Part shown: positions 36,551-48,987 of the stretch, one piece after another
Layout: each line of letters opens with the position of its first letter
Numbering within the stretch: the stretch's first letter is position 1
From: Macrostomum lignano
Taxonomy: Eukaryota
Length of the DNA: 64,000 nt
Assembly (NCBI GenBank): GCA_002269645.1
Contig: NIVC01001306.1
Location: 1-64,000, forward strand
Direction of reading: 5' to 3'
Program-made: the position numbers and the translations under genes
Notes under the pieces: generated by a model
What the model was told of the DNA's origin: nothing
Databases searched by the model: none
What the model saw: the letters and a program-made list of their open reading frames with translations, nothing else

Positions 36551-38961
36551 TGTGGTTACTCAGCCTGGAGATTTTGGCGCAAAAACAAAATTATCAATCA
36601 AAATATACTAGTAAAGTCCTAACGATCAGCGCAACTCTCGCTAGTAAATTAGCATGCTCGGCAAGACGACCGTGAATCTGAGGAAGAAGTCCCTCCAACC
36701 CCCATTCCCCGCATAAGACGTCTCAGCCAGGCCGCCCCGAAGCGGCTCTCGACACAAGTCCAACAAAACTTCCACACTCCTCTTATAAAACCCGCTTTTC
36801 CCAAACCACATAAGGGTCCCAGAGAGAGAGGGAGCAGCAGCTATAGCTTTGCGAACCAGATCGGGGCGGGGCTGTCAATCAAGTAGCAAAACTGCGTGCA
36901 TGTGGCCAGCGCAGGTGGTGGTCAGCGTGTGCTGAGAACTGGCAGCAGAGTCTTATCTCCCGCTCTCTCTCTCCCCCCTTTCTTTTATTATTCTTAACTG
37001 CGCGCATAGGCGGAGTCCGAATTGTCTAATAGCTATCTAGAGTGTTGCGTCTGCGTTCTCACCATTTTGGAACAAGAAAGTTTAGTCAGTCAGTCAGTGC
37101 TCAGTAGTATATGCTAAGTATCCCTGGATAATGGTGTCTATCTATTCATTAAAATATGAGCTAGACTTCAATATGTTTTATACTTCACTGTTGTTTCAAC
37201 TACTAGAAAAATGGTATGCACCGCAATAACCCCCAAGGCAGCTCTCTCTAAGTAGTGACTTCTGCTAGCTAGCAGTCATCAATCGAGAATAGTGGCAGAC
37301 AACTCTTGCGCAAGTGGAAGCCAGGGCCAGACTTGTTGCACTTTTTTGTCGTTTTCTGTTATACACTGACTCAGCCACTCAAGCAAATGACAGAGGTCTA
37401 TTTCTTAAGCACTGGTCTCTCCGCCAGATAGGGTAATAAGCTAGAGACATGGCATCGGACAGGACCACTTCACTTTCACCAAGGAGGAGCTGCTCTGTAA
37501 AATTCTTGTTTCGTTGAGAAGACACTTTGGAAAACAGTTCTTTAAAAAAGGTAGAGAAGAGAGGAGAGACCAGAGCAGGCAGCGGAGACAGAAGTCATAG
37601 AGTCAGCATATCGACAATCAACAGGCAAAGTTAGCGACGGTTTTAGCAAAGCGGAAGATGAACCCAACTGGGGTTTTCCCTGGATAGGGGGGGAGAACTT
37701 CGGCGCACCGGGGGTCCTGCACGAGGCTTCCTGTCCGCATGTGCAGCTCCAGTCTTCCTCAGAGAGAGAGAGGAAAAAGGCGAAAGCAGTCCTAATTGAT
37801 TTTAAATTATTTCTATGCTTCTAGCACTCCATTATGACTTGATAACAGGGCCTGATTAAGGTTGAACTGCTTCGTATAAGTTAGGACCGCTTGGGCAGCT
37901 TGGCTAGACGACAACTGACACGCAGTCAGCTGCCACTTGGGGGAGGATAGAAGCGGGCCCAGGGGATAAGGGGACAGTTGCGCTGAAATCCCCAAGGAGA
38001 GAAGAAGGCGCGAAGGAGGAGGCGGAGTTCAAGCAGCAGAAGAAAAAGAAGCAGGACGATACGGAAATCTTTTCCAGAAAAAGCAAGGAGTTTTTAAGCC
38101 TTTAAAGACTAATTCTCCGCAAGCTGCACTCTTGCATCGCAATGAAGGCCATGCCTCTTTTTCCACACACCTGGAGAAACGGAAAATGGGAAAAAAGATA
38201 GAGAAAATTTGGGGAGAAATCAAGAGGCTGGTCCGCGACAGAGAAAGAGAAGATTTTCTCTCTCTTTTTTCATTTGCCTTCTCCCCTTCTCTTCTGGTGC
38301 CAAAAAAATCTAGAGATTGTAAAATCAAATTGCACAGTAACAAGCCGAGCTTTTTTACAACTTAATTTTTCTTTTGAAAGTTGTCTGTGCTTCTTATAAA
38401 TCCTACAGTAGATTCAGTCTGTCTGTATAAACGAGATGATTTTTAATTTAAATAATCGCTACACGCAAGGGAACTGAGAACTATTAAACCGGAGGCATAC
38501 AGAGGGAAAAGTCATCATATCAGTACAGTATGCAGGTAACTTATTAACACAGTATTGTCGCTAAAGTTCGCCATGTAATAACAGCTGTTCCTATCTAGCC
38601 AGCTGGTTTTACTTATATTATATAGAGTAACGGACTGGCAAAGTGTGAAAAGAAGAATTCAAGCTGTTCACCTGAAGCTATCCACCAAGCACACACTGTA
38701 GCACTTTTTGTGCAAAGTTAAGCTAGATAATTAAATACTGATTTTATATACAACTGAAGTTATTCAGTTATATCTACAGATTTTAAGGTCTTGACCCGTG
38801 ACAGTTATACTATGACATCGGCATTACATAATCATATACATGTAAGATAAGATCTGAAAATTCTGAAAAAATACTTCCGCTAAAGACTCTCCTTTCAACT
38901 TCAGCACAATCTACCATTGCACAAAACTAAAAAACACAGGTTGAAACAATGAGCCACTCAC

Positions 38962-39188
38962 TTGTGCAAATCCTGCATTAGGCTATTAGTAGTCGAGGAC
39001 ACCAGATTAACCTGAGTAGAATTACTAATATTGTTGTTGTCTAGTTGTGCCCGGCAGCGCTGTTGTACAGTGCCAGCATCCCGGCGATGATGGGGCAAAC
39101 CTGCGAATGATGATGATGATGATGATAATGGTGATGATGAAGCGGCAACGGGCAATATGGCGCTGCTGTCTTCAGCTTCCTCTTCTTC

Positions 39189-39225
<37 letters not shown>

Positions 39226-39296
39226 AAGCTTCTGCTCCGTCTGCTTTCGCCATCACCAGTGCCGAGCTCAGAATTGGGCGCAGAAGTTGCTGACAT
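38962..39296 (-). CDS. PKNOX: PKNOX/Prep coding exon 1 (Ser-rich N-terminus)
   Basis: ATG at 39296 with an upstream in-frame stop; AA|GTGAGT donor gives the phase 2 needed by exon 2; assigned by phase and proximity only, not by homology. Confidence 0.6.
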
Positions 39297-41183
39297 CACC
39301 GTGGCGTTATGTCATACACAAGAAACTATTTAACAAAATCAAACAGGTTTACAACAGATCAAAGAGCGAGTAAAAGAATCAGGAGATTATGGCTTAAGGC
39401 AACAATTGTGAGTTTATAAAGAAAAACTTTTGTGGTAAAAAATTAGCCAACTATATAAAATATTGTAAAAACTGAGTACAATAAATAAAGATATATATAA
39501 ATTTATACCAGATGTATAAGGCAACTTAGGCGTTGTGCTGAGTGGCTCAGGCGGCAGGCTGCGATCTACACATATAAGGCAAAGAGCGAGATTGTTCCGA
39601 TCAAAAAGTGCAAAAAATATAAATATATAAATTGATTTCAATCGTTAACTACAGCACATCAAAGTGTAGACAAGAAGGGGCGGGCTTGGACAAAAGCCGA
39701 AGCAAAAACAATAGAAAACTTATTTAAACTCGAGCATATGAAAAAGGCCGCCAGAAGTGCAGGAAAGAAGGCGAAAAGCGCCTGTTAAAAAATTGAAGCT
39801 CGCAGTTACAAACAAAAGAAACTTTGCTCTCCAACAGTACTGCAAAATGGATACAGTCGGCAAATCTCTCGGAATTAAAACAGATCCGGCCAGGCATTCA
39901 AAGCCCAGACAGCAGCCTACAGAATGACGCCGATTAGTTAGGCTGCAACAGTTATTGCGAATTATATGCGGTTATGATGAATTACTATAAGATTCATTGC
40001 CTGCAACAACTAGGAGTATAATTTGGACGCTATTCTGCACTTCTTGAATCTGACAGTGCAGCTAACAATTAAGCTTTCTATAGTTGCAGGTTGATGCGCA
40101 AAGATGAGCAGTTTTGCGTAATTTTAAATGACATTTTAAAATAGGCAGACAAAATGAGAAACAGTAGGTTTCGTTTCGTAAGTGAAATTGTGTCAGAAAT
40201 TTAAAAAAATATGGCAGTGGCTGGATATACGAATACAACATTTCTTTGAAAAAAACCTATTTAAACTAATCAATCAAAATTCATCGCGAAAATTTAGCAA
40301 GCTTTGAAATCGTTTCTATAGTAGAGAGCCGTCAATTTTATAATCTATTGAAAGATTGAAAGAGGAATGCCAAAAAGCCGGGGAGAGGCGCAGGGAAACG
40401 AGACCGGAAAGGCCGAACTCCACTCAAGCTCTTTCTTCTTCCTTCACTGACCTGCAGCAATAAGTCTTAATCGCCATTTATGAAAGCTGAAATACCATTG
40501 ATTAGTAAATGAGCGCCACTTGACACACAGAAACTGAATGACCAGCGAAGCTTAAAAGTGATTTTCGATCAATTTTTTTTTGTTCACTCGCAAAGTGAGC
40601 ACAAAAGAGCGCACAGCAACCCATCACAGCGCAGGCTATTCAATATTGTAGCAGCAAGCCATTGACTTGTGAATCAAGTCGGATGGGGCAGCCACGGCCG
40701 TGTCGCCATTTCCGATTTGACTGGACAAAACACGGCTTCCCCCCCTCACAGTACCGGTAGATTTGAGCAACCCGGGCGTCACCAAAAGCATTCTTTGAAG
40801 CCTTGGCAGCCTTACACGCACAAAGCCACACCTGCGCTGGAATGTCCAGAGAGGATGCAGCTCAAATGCTTAACAATGGTAGGCGGAGACTTTCACAGCG
40901 CAGACGCCACTAAGGAGAGACGGAAGAAAAATGAAAAGCAAAGGACTGGAGTTGAAAGGCAAAAAATTAAGAACGGAAACTGGTGGTTCCAGTCCGGAAT
41001 TCTCAGACGGCGCGAAATAGATTATTCAATCTATTCTAATGTACACAAATTGACTTTTTACTATAGACACCGTCAGTGCATGGTGCAAGACTGCTTTTTT
41101 AAATACGGTCTTAACGTATAGATTAAGAATCTGTGTAGTTTTCGCAGCTTGGAATCGAATCGAATCATCGGCTGAAACGACAT

Positions 41184-41217
<34 letters not shown>

Positions 41218-41586
41218 TACGAAAAGATCCAGTTTGGAGAAACACGGACAAGAATTGTCGGGCGCTCACTTACCAAAACAATAGTCGTGAGAAGGCCAAG
41301 TAAGATAGTTTGATACAGCAGTAGTTTTAGTTATAGTTGTAGTAACAACAGAAGCGTCAGAAACTGCCAACCTGACAGGTGAGGTCCGACTCGCACCGGA
41401 GCAAGCATTTAAATGGACAGGTGTTAAAGACCGGCGGTCCGCCATGCCATTTGAGGGGAAGGGGAGGGGTGTGAGAAAGGAGTGGGGAGGAGGAGGCCGA
41501 TGAAAGGCCCCGGGCGCAGAATAATTTGCCAACGCCAACTGGAGTGGCTCGACCGGGTGAGCCCGAAAACGGCCCGACGGCTTGCC

Positions 41587-41706
41587 ATTGGCCCGGGGCC
41601 GTCATTTGTCAATAAAATGGGCGGCCATGGCAGCACGGGAGGAGGCGAACTCCGAGATTGGTCGCCATTGGGCCTTGCACTGGCGGCGATTGATGGCACA
41701 GCCAAT
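41587..41706. promoter_or_regulatory. Cluster of four CCAAT boxes, candidate prep promoter
   Basis: ATTGG at 41587, 41657 and 41667, CCAAT at 41702, in a GC-rich island 2.3 kb upstream of the ATG. Confidence 0.35.
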
Positions 41707-42175
41707 GGCGACTGGGCAGAACATCAAAGCCGACAACACGGCTAGATGGTGAGACTTCCAAGGTCTCGAAGGAACTGACACGATGGGAATCTGTTTCGAA
41801 AGATCGATATCTGCTTTGCAAGCAGACACTTGGTATCCACATACCAACAAACAACATCACATCGTTTTTGAAGAACGAGTTAATTGCTACTTGCTGCCCT
41901 GGTCTCTTTCTAGTAAATATTTGATTTTCTTATAGTTTAAAAGGAATCCGGACCAATTATTTTACTAATACTAATATTTACAATGATTTACTAATAGCAG
42001 CTTTTAAATAGCAAATCTTAGGCGCATGTTTAATAAAGCCTAAATCAGGATCTAAATAGTTTCTAGTTCTAGGATCTTAAATCCTAATAGTTATACTATT
42101 GGATCTCTCAATATTTCTTCCAACATTAATAACAACTGTCTACGGCCCCGACATCCCGCTAAATTTCATAAAACC

Positions 42176-42607
42176 TAAACTTTACAAGACCTAAACTTCA
42201 CAAGACCTAAACTTCACAAGACCTAAACTTCACAAGACCTAAACTTCACAAGACCTAAACTTCACAAGACCTAAACTTCACAAGACCTAAACTTCACAAG
42301 ACCTAAACTTCACAAGACCTAAACTTCACAAGACCTAAACTTCACAAGACCTAAACTTCACAAGACCTAAACTTCACAAGACCTAAACTTCACAAGACCT
42401 AAACTTCACAAGACCTAAACTTCACAAGACCTAAACTTCACAAGACCTAAACTTCACAAGACCTAAACTTCACAAGACCTAAACTTCACAAGACCTAAAC
42501 TTCACAAGACCTAAACTTCACAAGACCTAAACTTCACAAGACCTAAACTTCACAAGACCTAAACTTCACAAGACCTAAACTTCAGAAGACCTAAACTTCA
42601 GAAGACT
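42176..42607. repeat. Near-perfect 16-bp minisatellite AGACCTAAACTTCACA
   Basis: ~26 tandem copies. Confidence 0.96.
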
Positions 42608-42724
42608 TATCACAAACTTATTGCAATGAAAGTTCGTTCTTATCAAAGTTAAGCATTGTGAAACTGGCTGCTGGTTGAACTTTTCGGCGATGCAAAATTT
42701 AGATCTTGTAAAAGCACCCGAGAC

Positions 42725-42948
42725 CAGTGGCGGATCCAGGACTTTTGCCGGGGGGTCAGCCGACCTCCTTGCCCCCGGGCCACATCCGCCTATGAGTTCA
42801 AGCCTTGAACTTGAGATACTCTTAAGAAATATAACTATGAATGGACAATCGAAAAAACTTGCTTTTGATTTCCCGGGGGTCATGACCCGCTTTATTTTCT
42901 CGAGGGGGGAGGTCAGCCGACCCCCTTGACCCCCTGGATCCGCCAACG
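42725..42948. mobile_element. hAT-type MITE, 224 bp
   Basis: TIRs CAGTGGCGGATCCAGG / CCTGGATCCGCCAACG; perfect 8-bp TSD CCCGAGAC at 42717-42724 and 42949-42956. Confidence 0.9.
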
Positions 42949-44003
42949 CCCGAGACTAAGCATATTTTCATAAAAATTGAAACAGTATTTAGCAAAGCAA
43001 TGCTTATTGCTGCACTAAGATACAATAACGTACAACAAACCAGATCAGGGAGCAGTGGGTTTTGTAACTACGATTTACATTAATCACAGGCGTCCCATGC
43101 AGGCTGGCTTCCTAAATGTTATACTTTTAGGCGCTCCTCCTCCGTCTACTAAATCCCTATATAGTGTTATAACAAAGGTAATCCAAGCGCGAACAACAAC
43201 TATTAAGAGTGCTGTAATGAGCGTATGCATACAGAGCGCAGAGATTACCGTTCACTCTCACACCTTTCACCCCACCACCCTATTCAAGATCCACCGGCCT
43301 TGGTTTCTCCTCCCGCCAATTGCGGAACAGAGCAGAGCGTTGCCACCCCCCAATTTCCCTTCTATATATACACACTCACGTCTCAATGACTATACAAAAG
43401 CATCTGCTATGGAAAAGGATGCTAACATATTAGCCAGGCCAGCCAGTACCAACCAATCCTGCCCGATCCACTACAAGCTGTCAATCCAGAACCAAAGGGG
43501 AGGGGGGAGATGTGTCCTAATTGGGCTCCGGAGGCTCAAGGTTAGAAGGCCATGGGGATGCAGGTGGGAGGAGCTAGAGAAGCCTATTTTTTCTCCAAAT
43601 CTCGCTTCGTGCTCACTTGAGTTCAGCCGCGCTGATAAAAGATGCCAGCCCCATCGATCGAAGGGTTTGAGATCGTTCTCACAGTCTCTCTTCTCAACAG
43701 GGATGTCCATAGCCCATTAGTATATTCGTTTGGAGAATGGAATCGACAGAAAGTCACAGAGGTAGGTCTTATGAACGCGCCGTTAACTTGAACTTGGCCA
43801 AACAAAGTCTTATGACCCTACTAGTAGTAGTGAGGTTAGCTATATGCCGGAAAGGTAGCTCGCAAAATTAAAAAGGAATGCTTTATTCTTTGTACGTGCA
43901 AATAATGTTACAGCCACTGCCACCAATAACAAAAATTGAAACGTATGATTGGCGCTTCCAACGATATTTAGATAGACAAGTTAAACAAAGTGTCATTCTA
44001 GAG

Positions 44004-45210
44004 CAGGAGTTGGCAAACTTTTTTACCCCATGGGCCATATATATTAATCTAGCTCATGATTGTGGGTTAGATGAGACAGGAAAGATGAGGAAATAGAGGA
44101 GCTGAGAGAAGGAAAAAGGAGATGAGACAAGAGAAGGGAGGTTAGAGAGCTGAAAGATAAGATGAAAGAAGAGATGAGAGAGAAGATAACAGACAAGAAA
44201 TGAGAGGAGAGAGAAGAGGACAGCTGAGATAGCCAGACTTAATTATGAATTTCAAAACATATTCCAATTGCAATATGATACTGAGATTAATATATATGCC
44301 TCAACATAGTGTTTCATAACTTATAGCTATTTACAAAATGGATAATAGGGCCCAGTTATTATGCATGTTGACCACATGTTATGTGGTAACCATGTTTAAC
44401 TTTTATGATTTATAATTGTTTGATTCCATATATACATATATAGCCATATTAGTTTGGGGTTTTTGGGGATTAGCTAAGGTTTCTTATAATTTTTAATTAT
44501 ACTAATATACAAAATATGTAGCTTTGAGGATAGCCTTAGATTAGAATATCAAAGCCACTTAGTGGCATAGTCAAAATGGGTACAAAGGGACTTATATTAT
44601 GCCTTAAAGTTTTTTGGTAAATTTTGTTTTTTTCTGCTATTTTCACAATTTATTCAACAATTACAAGTATTTGTGGTCTTCTATGATTCATATAGCTACA
44701 CCCTTCAAAAATTTCTAGCTATTATTCTAAGGCTCTCTGAACCCTATAAACATATTTATAAATGCATGCTATCTATATTACAATAAAATATAATCTCTAT
44801 ACTTGTTTTATAGGTTTTATAGTCTGCCTATTGTTTTATAGGCAGACTAACCTAGAAGTTAGTGAGTTATAAGGCTAAAATTAAATAGGCCCAAATTTTA
44901 AAAACTTTTACAATAGGGTACCTACAACTCATTCTAATCAATATTTGTTTTTAGTAATAACTTTGTATTTATTTTATCATATTTATCAGTCATAATATAT
45001 TATAAAATCATACTATGTATCAAGTATATAAAAAATTTATATTCATTAGGATTTAGGTATAAATATATTTTTATACAAAATATCTATAACTATATAAATG
45101 AAAATTCTATTTGTCTTTTATATATATATATTAAACTATAGATATACTTACTTACTACCAATGGGGGCAGAGCGCCACGAATAGGCCACGAGGCCCCTAT
45201 TGCAACCCCA
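44004..45210. mobile_element. Decayed hAT-MITE-like element, possibly with a nested LINE remnant
   Basis: Starts CAGGAGTTGGCAAAC; 44046-44077 is 23/32 identical to the MITE at 59868-59899 and is followed by the same kind of AG-rich tract; a frameshifted MIYNCLIPY/TYIAILVWG near 44405-44460 resembles an L2/CR1 RT C-terminal motif. Confidence 0.4.
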
Positions 45211-47047
45211 AGCTAAAAAACAAACTATAGATATATAGTAAAGCCTTTTTTTGTTAAAATTTGAAATTTATTGGAAGTTAGATCCTAGAAGCCTGACTCT
45301 AGAAGTTTGACTCTAGGAGCTCAAATCCTAATTCCTAAGGATAAAAGTTGCTAATTGGCAAGTTGTAAAAAAGTTGCTTGTTAAATATTTTATTGGAATC
45401 TACCAAAGTAATGTTTATCTTACTTTTACTTTTCTTTCTGTAGCATTGACAATAAGTAAAACTTTATTATTTATTAATAAGCATATAGCCAATATGATTT
45501 TGAACTCCTAAAGTCAAAACCAAGTTTTGTGTATACTAAAAATATTGCTTCTAGCTTTTTATAAGGGATAAACCAAGAATATAACTAGAATATTGTTGTA
45601 GAATAAGGTTAGCCATAAGTTTCTTCAGCTAAAATTAGAATGATAAGCTATTTGAGTGAGTGAATAATGATGCCCAGATAGATAAGGATATATATTTAAC
45701 TAGTTTTAAAGCCATTCATGAATCATAAGGAATCATGAATAGAATAAATTATGAATAGCATCAATCGAAGCACCTTAGCTTAAGTTAAGCCAGCTTAGTA
45801 ACTCTTAATGACTTAAGCTTAAGTTCCTAAATACACTATATTTTATTATATACTCAGAGTCAGACTGAAAACGATAGATAGATAGTTTGTGATAATTAGC
45901 TGTATTATGAAAATTAGGTCAAATATAAAAAAATTATTGACTATTCAGACCTTAGGTAATGTTTCTAAATTTTATTCTACACGCGTGAATCACAAGATGC
46001 AAATTCGGCTTTGGGGTGATGAAAACATGAACGTAAGAGATTAAATAAATAGTTGGAACAAAAAATAAATATAATAGTAATATTCTAGATTCAATGTGGG
46101 TGGATCAATCACAATAAGGTTAAATTATTAGATACTGATAGTGATAGATTTCAAAAGCTGTGCCTACCCTGCTGTTTCGTAGCCTGTTAAAGCGCGATAA
46201 TTTTATAGAAAATGTAACGTTTTGAACAAGTGCCTTTTTCGTCATCGGACGCAAAAGCTTCAATCACGCCATCTACATTCCGGAAACTGTAAAACTCATT
46301 ACAACTCTTCCAGAAAGGATTTTGTAACTTTTAATCCTACCGTCTATTATTTTTAGGTTATGGTAATATATATAAAGCACATATAGAAAAAAGCAAGCAG
46401 TTTTTAATTATTGTGTGTAAACTATTAAATTTTAGAAATAGACGCCTTTTAAGATTACCTTAAAGGTAATTTCCTTAAGATTACCTTAATTTACCTTAAA
46501 GATGACCTGACCTACCTTAAGATTACCTTAAATGCTGAAAATGCGTCTATCTGGAAGATGTATGAAGTGATATCATAATTTCTTAGCAAAAAGCCAGTCG
46601 ACAGTAGACGTATAAAGAGAGTCCAAACTCCAAAATTCCATAGCGAAATTTCTGGTCGTTAAAAGTATTGCTTTATGCCAGGAGTCTAATTACCTGACAA
46701 TCGACCAAGGGACTTACGCAATCCATTTTGTTAACCGCGACAGGTCTTACACAGCAGCACATGAAAATGAAAACAGTAAAAAATGAAAGCGTTGGTTTCT
46801 CTTCCGATCTTCGTTGCTATCAATAGAACTCCTTGATATGAATATGTAATTGATGGCAAAAATAGAAAATAAGAGAATCCCATAGACTACTGCATGATAT
46901 ATGCGTGTCCTTTGCAAAATACCATGTATCTACGTTGGCCATCTTGCAAGTTCCATGCTATTATTTTATGCTATGAAGCTATATATAGTGTTAAGATGTA
47001 AACCCTTTGCAATGTAAGGACCTGCCAAGCGAACACCCGGTACAGCC

Positions 47048-47382
47048 ATGAAATCGGCTGCTAAACTCAGTTCGAGTGGCCACAGCAAACGATATCATCA
47101 TCAGCACCGACGCCAGAGGCAGCGTTCCCTACGGCCAGAATTCGGGTCCACCGTGCAATACATACCCAGTATGATGGATACTCTGCTGGTTGAGATGGGT
47201 TACACTGCCAGCCATTTTCAATCGGTAAAGAAAAGAATATGCCAAATTTATCAACTGCTGGTTGAGGCGCTCAGCCGCCACGACCCGCTGCCTTGGCTGG
47301 TTCGCGACGCCATCGAGTCTTTGGTGCTGGCGCCTCCGCTTTTGAATGTGTCGCAGCCGCAGCAACAATCGCTTCAGGCTAG
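47048..47382 (+). CDS. Uncharacterised protein, exon 1 of 3
   Basis: ATG-initiated coding-like ORF; AG|GTACGA donor, phase 2. Confidence 0.6.
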
Positions 47383-47506
47383 GTACGAGCTACATGTAGT
47401 TTATCAGATTTTTCAGGGAGTAATAGGGCTACTAATGGGTATTGATTCATAATGGTTTACGAGTAGTTTTTAAAATACCTGAAATTTCCTTCGCAATTCC
47501 TCCCAG

Positions 47507-47958
47507 GCCATCAGTTGCGACCTGCATGTGTCTCAACAGCAGCGGCGCGAATTCTTGGGGCCATCCGCAGCAGCTCAGTGAAAAGCCGCGGCTTCAGAGC
47601 AAGAGCGACATTGACACCATCACGGCTATGGACATCCCTTATACTCTGCGCCATTTCGACTGTGACATATCGGCTGCTGTCAACATCAGCGAAGGCACTT
47701 CGCGGCGCGTCACAGGCGGCGGAACTGGCGGCACAGTCAGCTTCTCGTTGTCGGAAGGTCGCACCACCTGCGCACGGAGTCGCGTCAGCTTTGAGAACTC
47801 GAAAAGCGACGCGCCTCAGCGAGCTGTCTGTCGCGCGATTGCCGAAGTCCTGGTGACTCGGCGGCTGACTTCGATTGTGCGTCGAGCAGCGAGGGCAGCA
47901 GCGACAGCCGGAGGCAACGGCAGTGTCTGTGAGACGAGCGGAACTCCTGCCGGCACAT
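47507..47958 (+). CDS. Uncharacterised protein, exon 2 of 3
   Basis: CCCAG acceptor; open frame in the required phase; GTGAGT donor, phase 1. Confidence 0.65.
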
Positions 47959-47989
47959 GTGAGTCATTTTGAAATTTATAATTGAATCA

Positions 47990-48300
47990 TGCTCATAGCA
48001 ATACCGCTGTCCTCATGCTCATAGCAAGTTCTCATGCTCATAGCAATACTTCTGCCCTCATGCTCATAGCAATACCTCTGTCCTCATGCTCATAGAAATA
48101 CTTCTGTCCTCATGCTCATAGCAATACCGCTGTCCTCATGCTCATAGCAATACCTCTGTCCTCATGCTCATAGCAATACCTCTGTCCTCATGCTCATAGC
48201 AATACCTCTGTCCTCATGCTCATAGCAATACCTCTGTCCTCATGCTTATAGCAATACCTCTGTCCTCATGCTCATAGCAATACCTCTGTCCTCATGCTCA
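47990..48300. repeat. 26-bp minisatellite CTCATGCTCATAGCAATACCTCTGTC filling a 355-bp intron
   Basis: ~11 tandem copies. Confidence 0.93.
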
Positions 48301-48313
48301 TCCGTTTCGACAG

Positions 48314-48987
48314 ACGCACCACACAACAGTCTGGCATCCGCAGCCAGCAAAGCCGCAAGTTCAACCGTTTCATCTCGGACTTCTTCCCCGCCCGGCCTCC
48401 CAATGTTAAAATGCCACGTCTCGGACCGCGGCGGCGGCGGCAGATGCAACGGTTCAAGGAGCTTGACCGCGCCGATTCCCCTGACAGCGGCTGGTGCGAT
48501 GGACGGCAGCAACTCAAATCGGGCAACCAATACTCTGATGAGCAACGGAGCGCCATCGTCGTTTGTGTCAATGGTGGCACCCTCGGAGTTTGGTGGATCT
48601 GCCAGCACCGTCGGCTACGGCGAAGCCGGTGAAGCGACTGGAGGCGTCGGAATCGGCCGCCTGTGCCCGAAGCACCTGGACCGATCGAGCGGCCCAGCGA
48701 GCGAATCCTCCTGCGCAGTCTGCGCTTCTCAGCACTTTTTGCACCACCATTTGCAACGCTTAGCACAGGAGTCTGGCGGCGTCGGGTTGGCCCGCCTTGA
48801 AGACGCTCTGTGCGATGCTTTGCACCTGCAGGAGCAGTGGCGCCGCAGTGTGCGCTGGGTGGCCACCTGCGTCAAAGACAACAGGCTGCCAGAGTCGATC
48901 CGGCCGCTGGTTCGCTGCGTTTGTGCCGCCGAGACCAACTGCTGCGGCAGCTGCGAGGAAGGCGGCGTCAGGAAGACGAAAAAATGA
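48314..48987 (+). CDS. Uncharacterised protein, exon 3 of 3 (Cys/His-rich C-terminus); total ~486 aa
   Basis: GACAG acceptor; phase 1 consistent; open to TGA at 48987. Confidence 0.65.

Noticed and set aside
18780-37770. Scattered (GA)n tracts as GAGA/Polycomb response elements
   Set aside because: GA tracts are common throughout this repeat-rich window, and there is no independent support.
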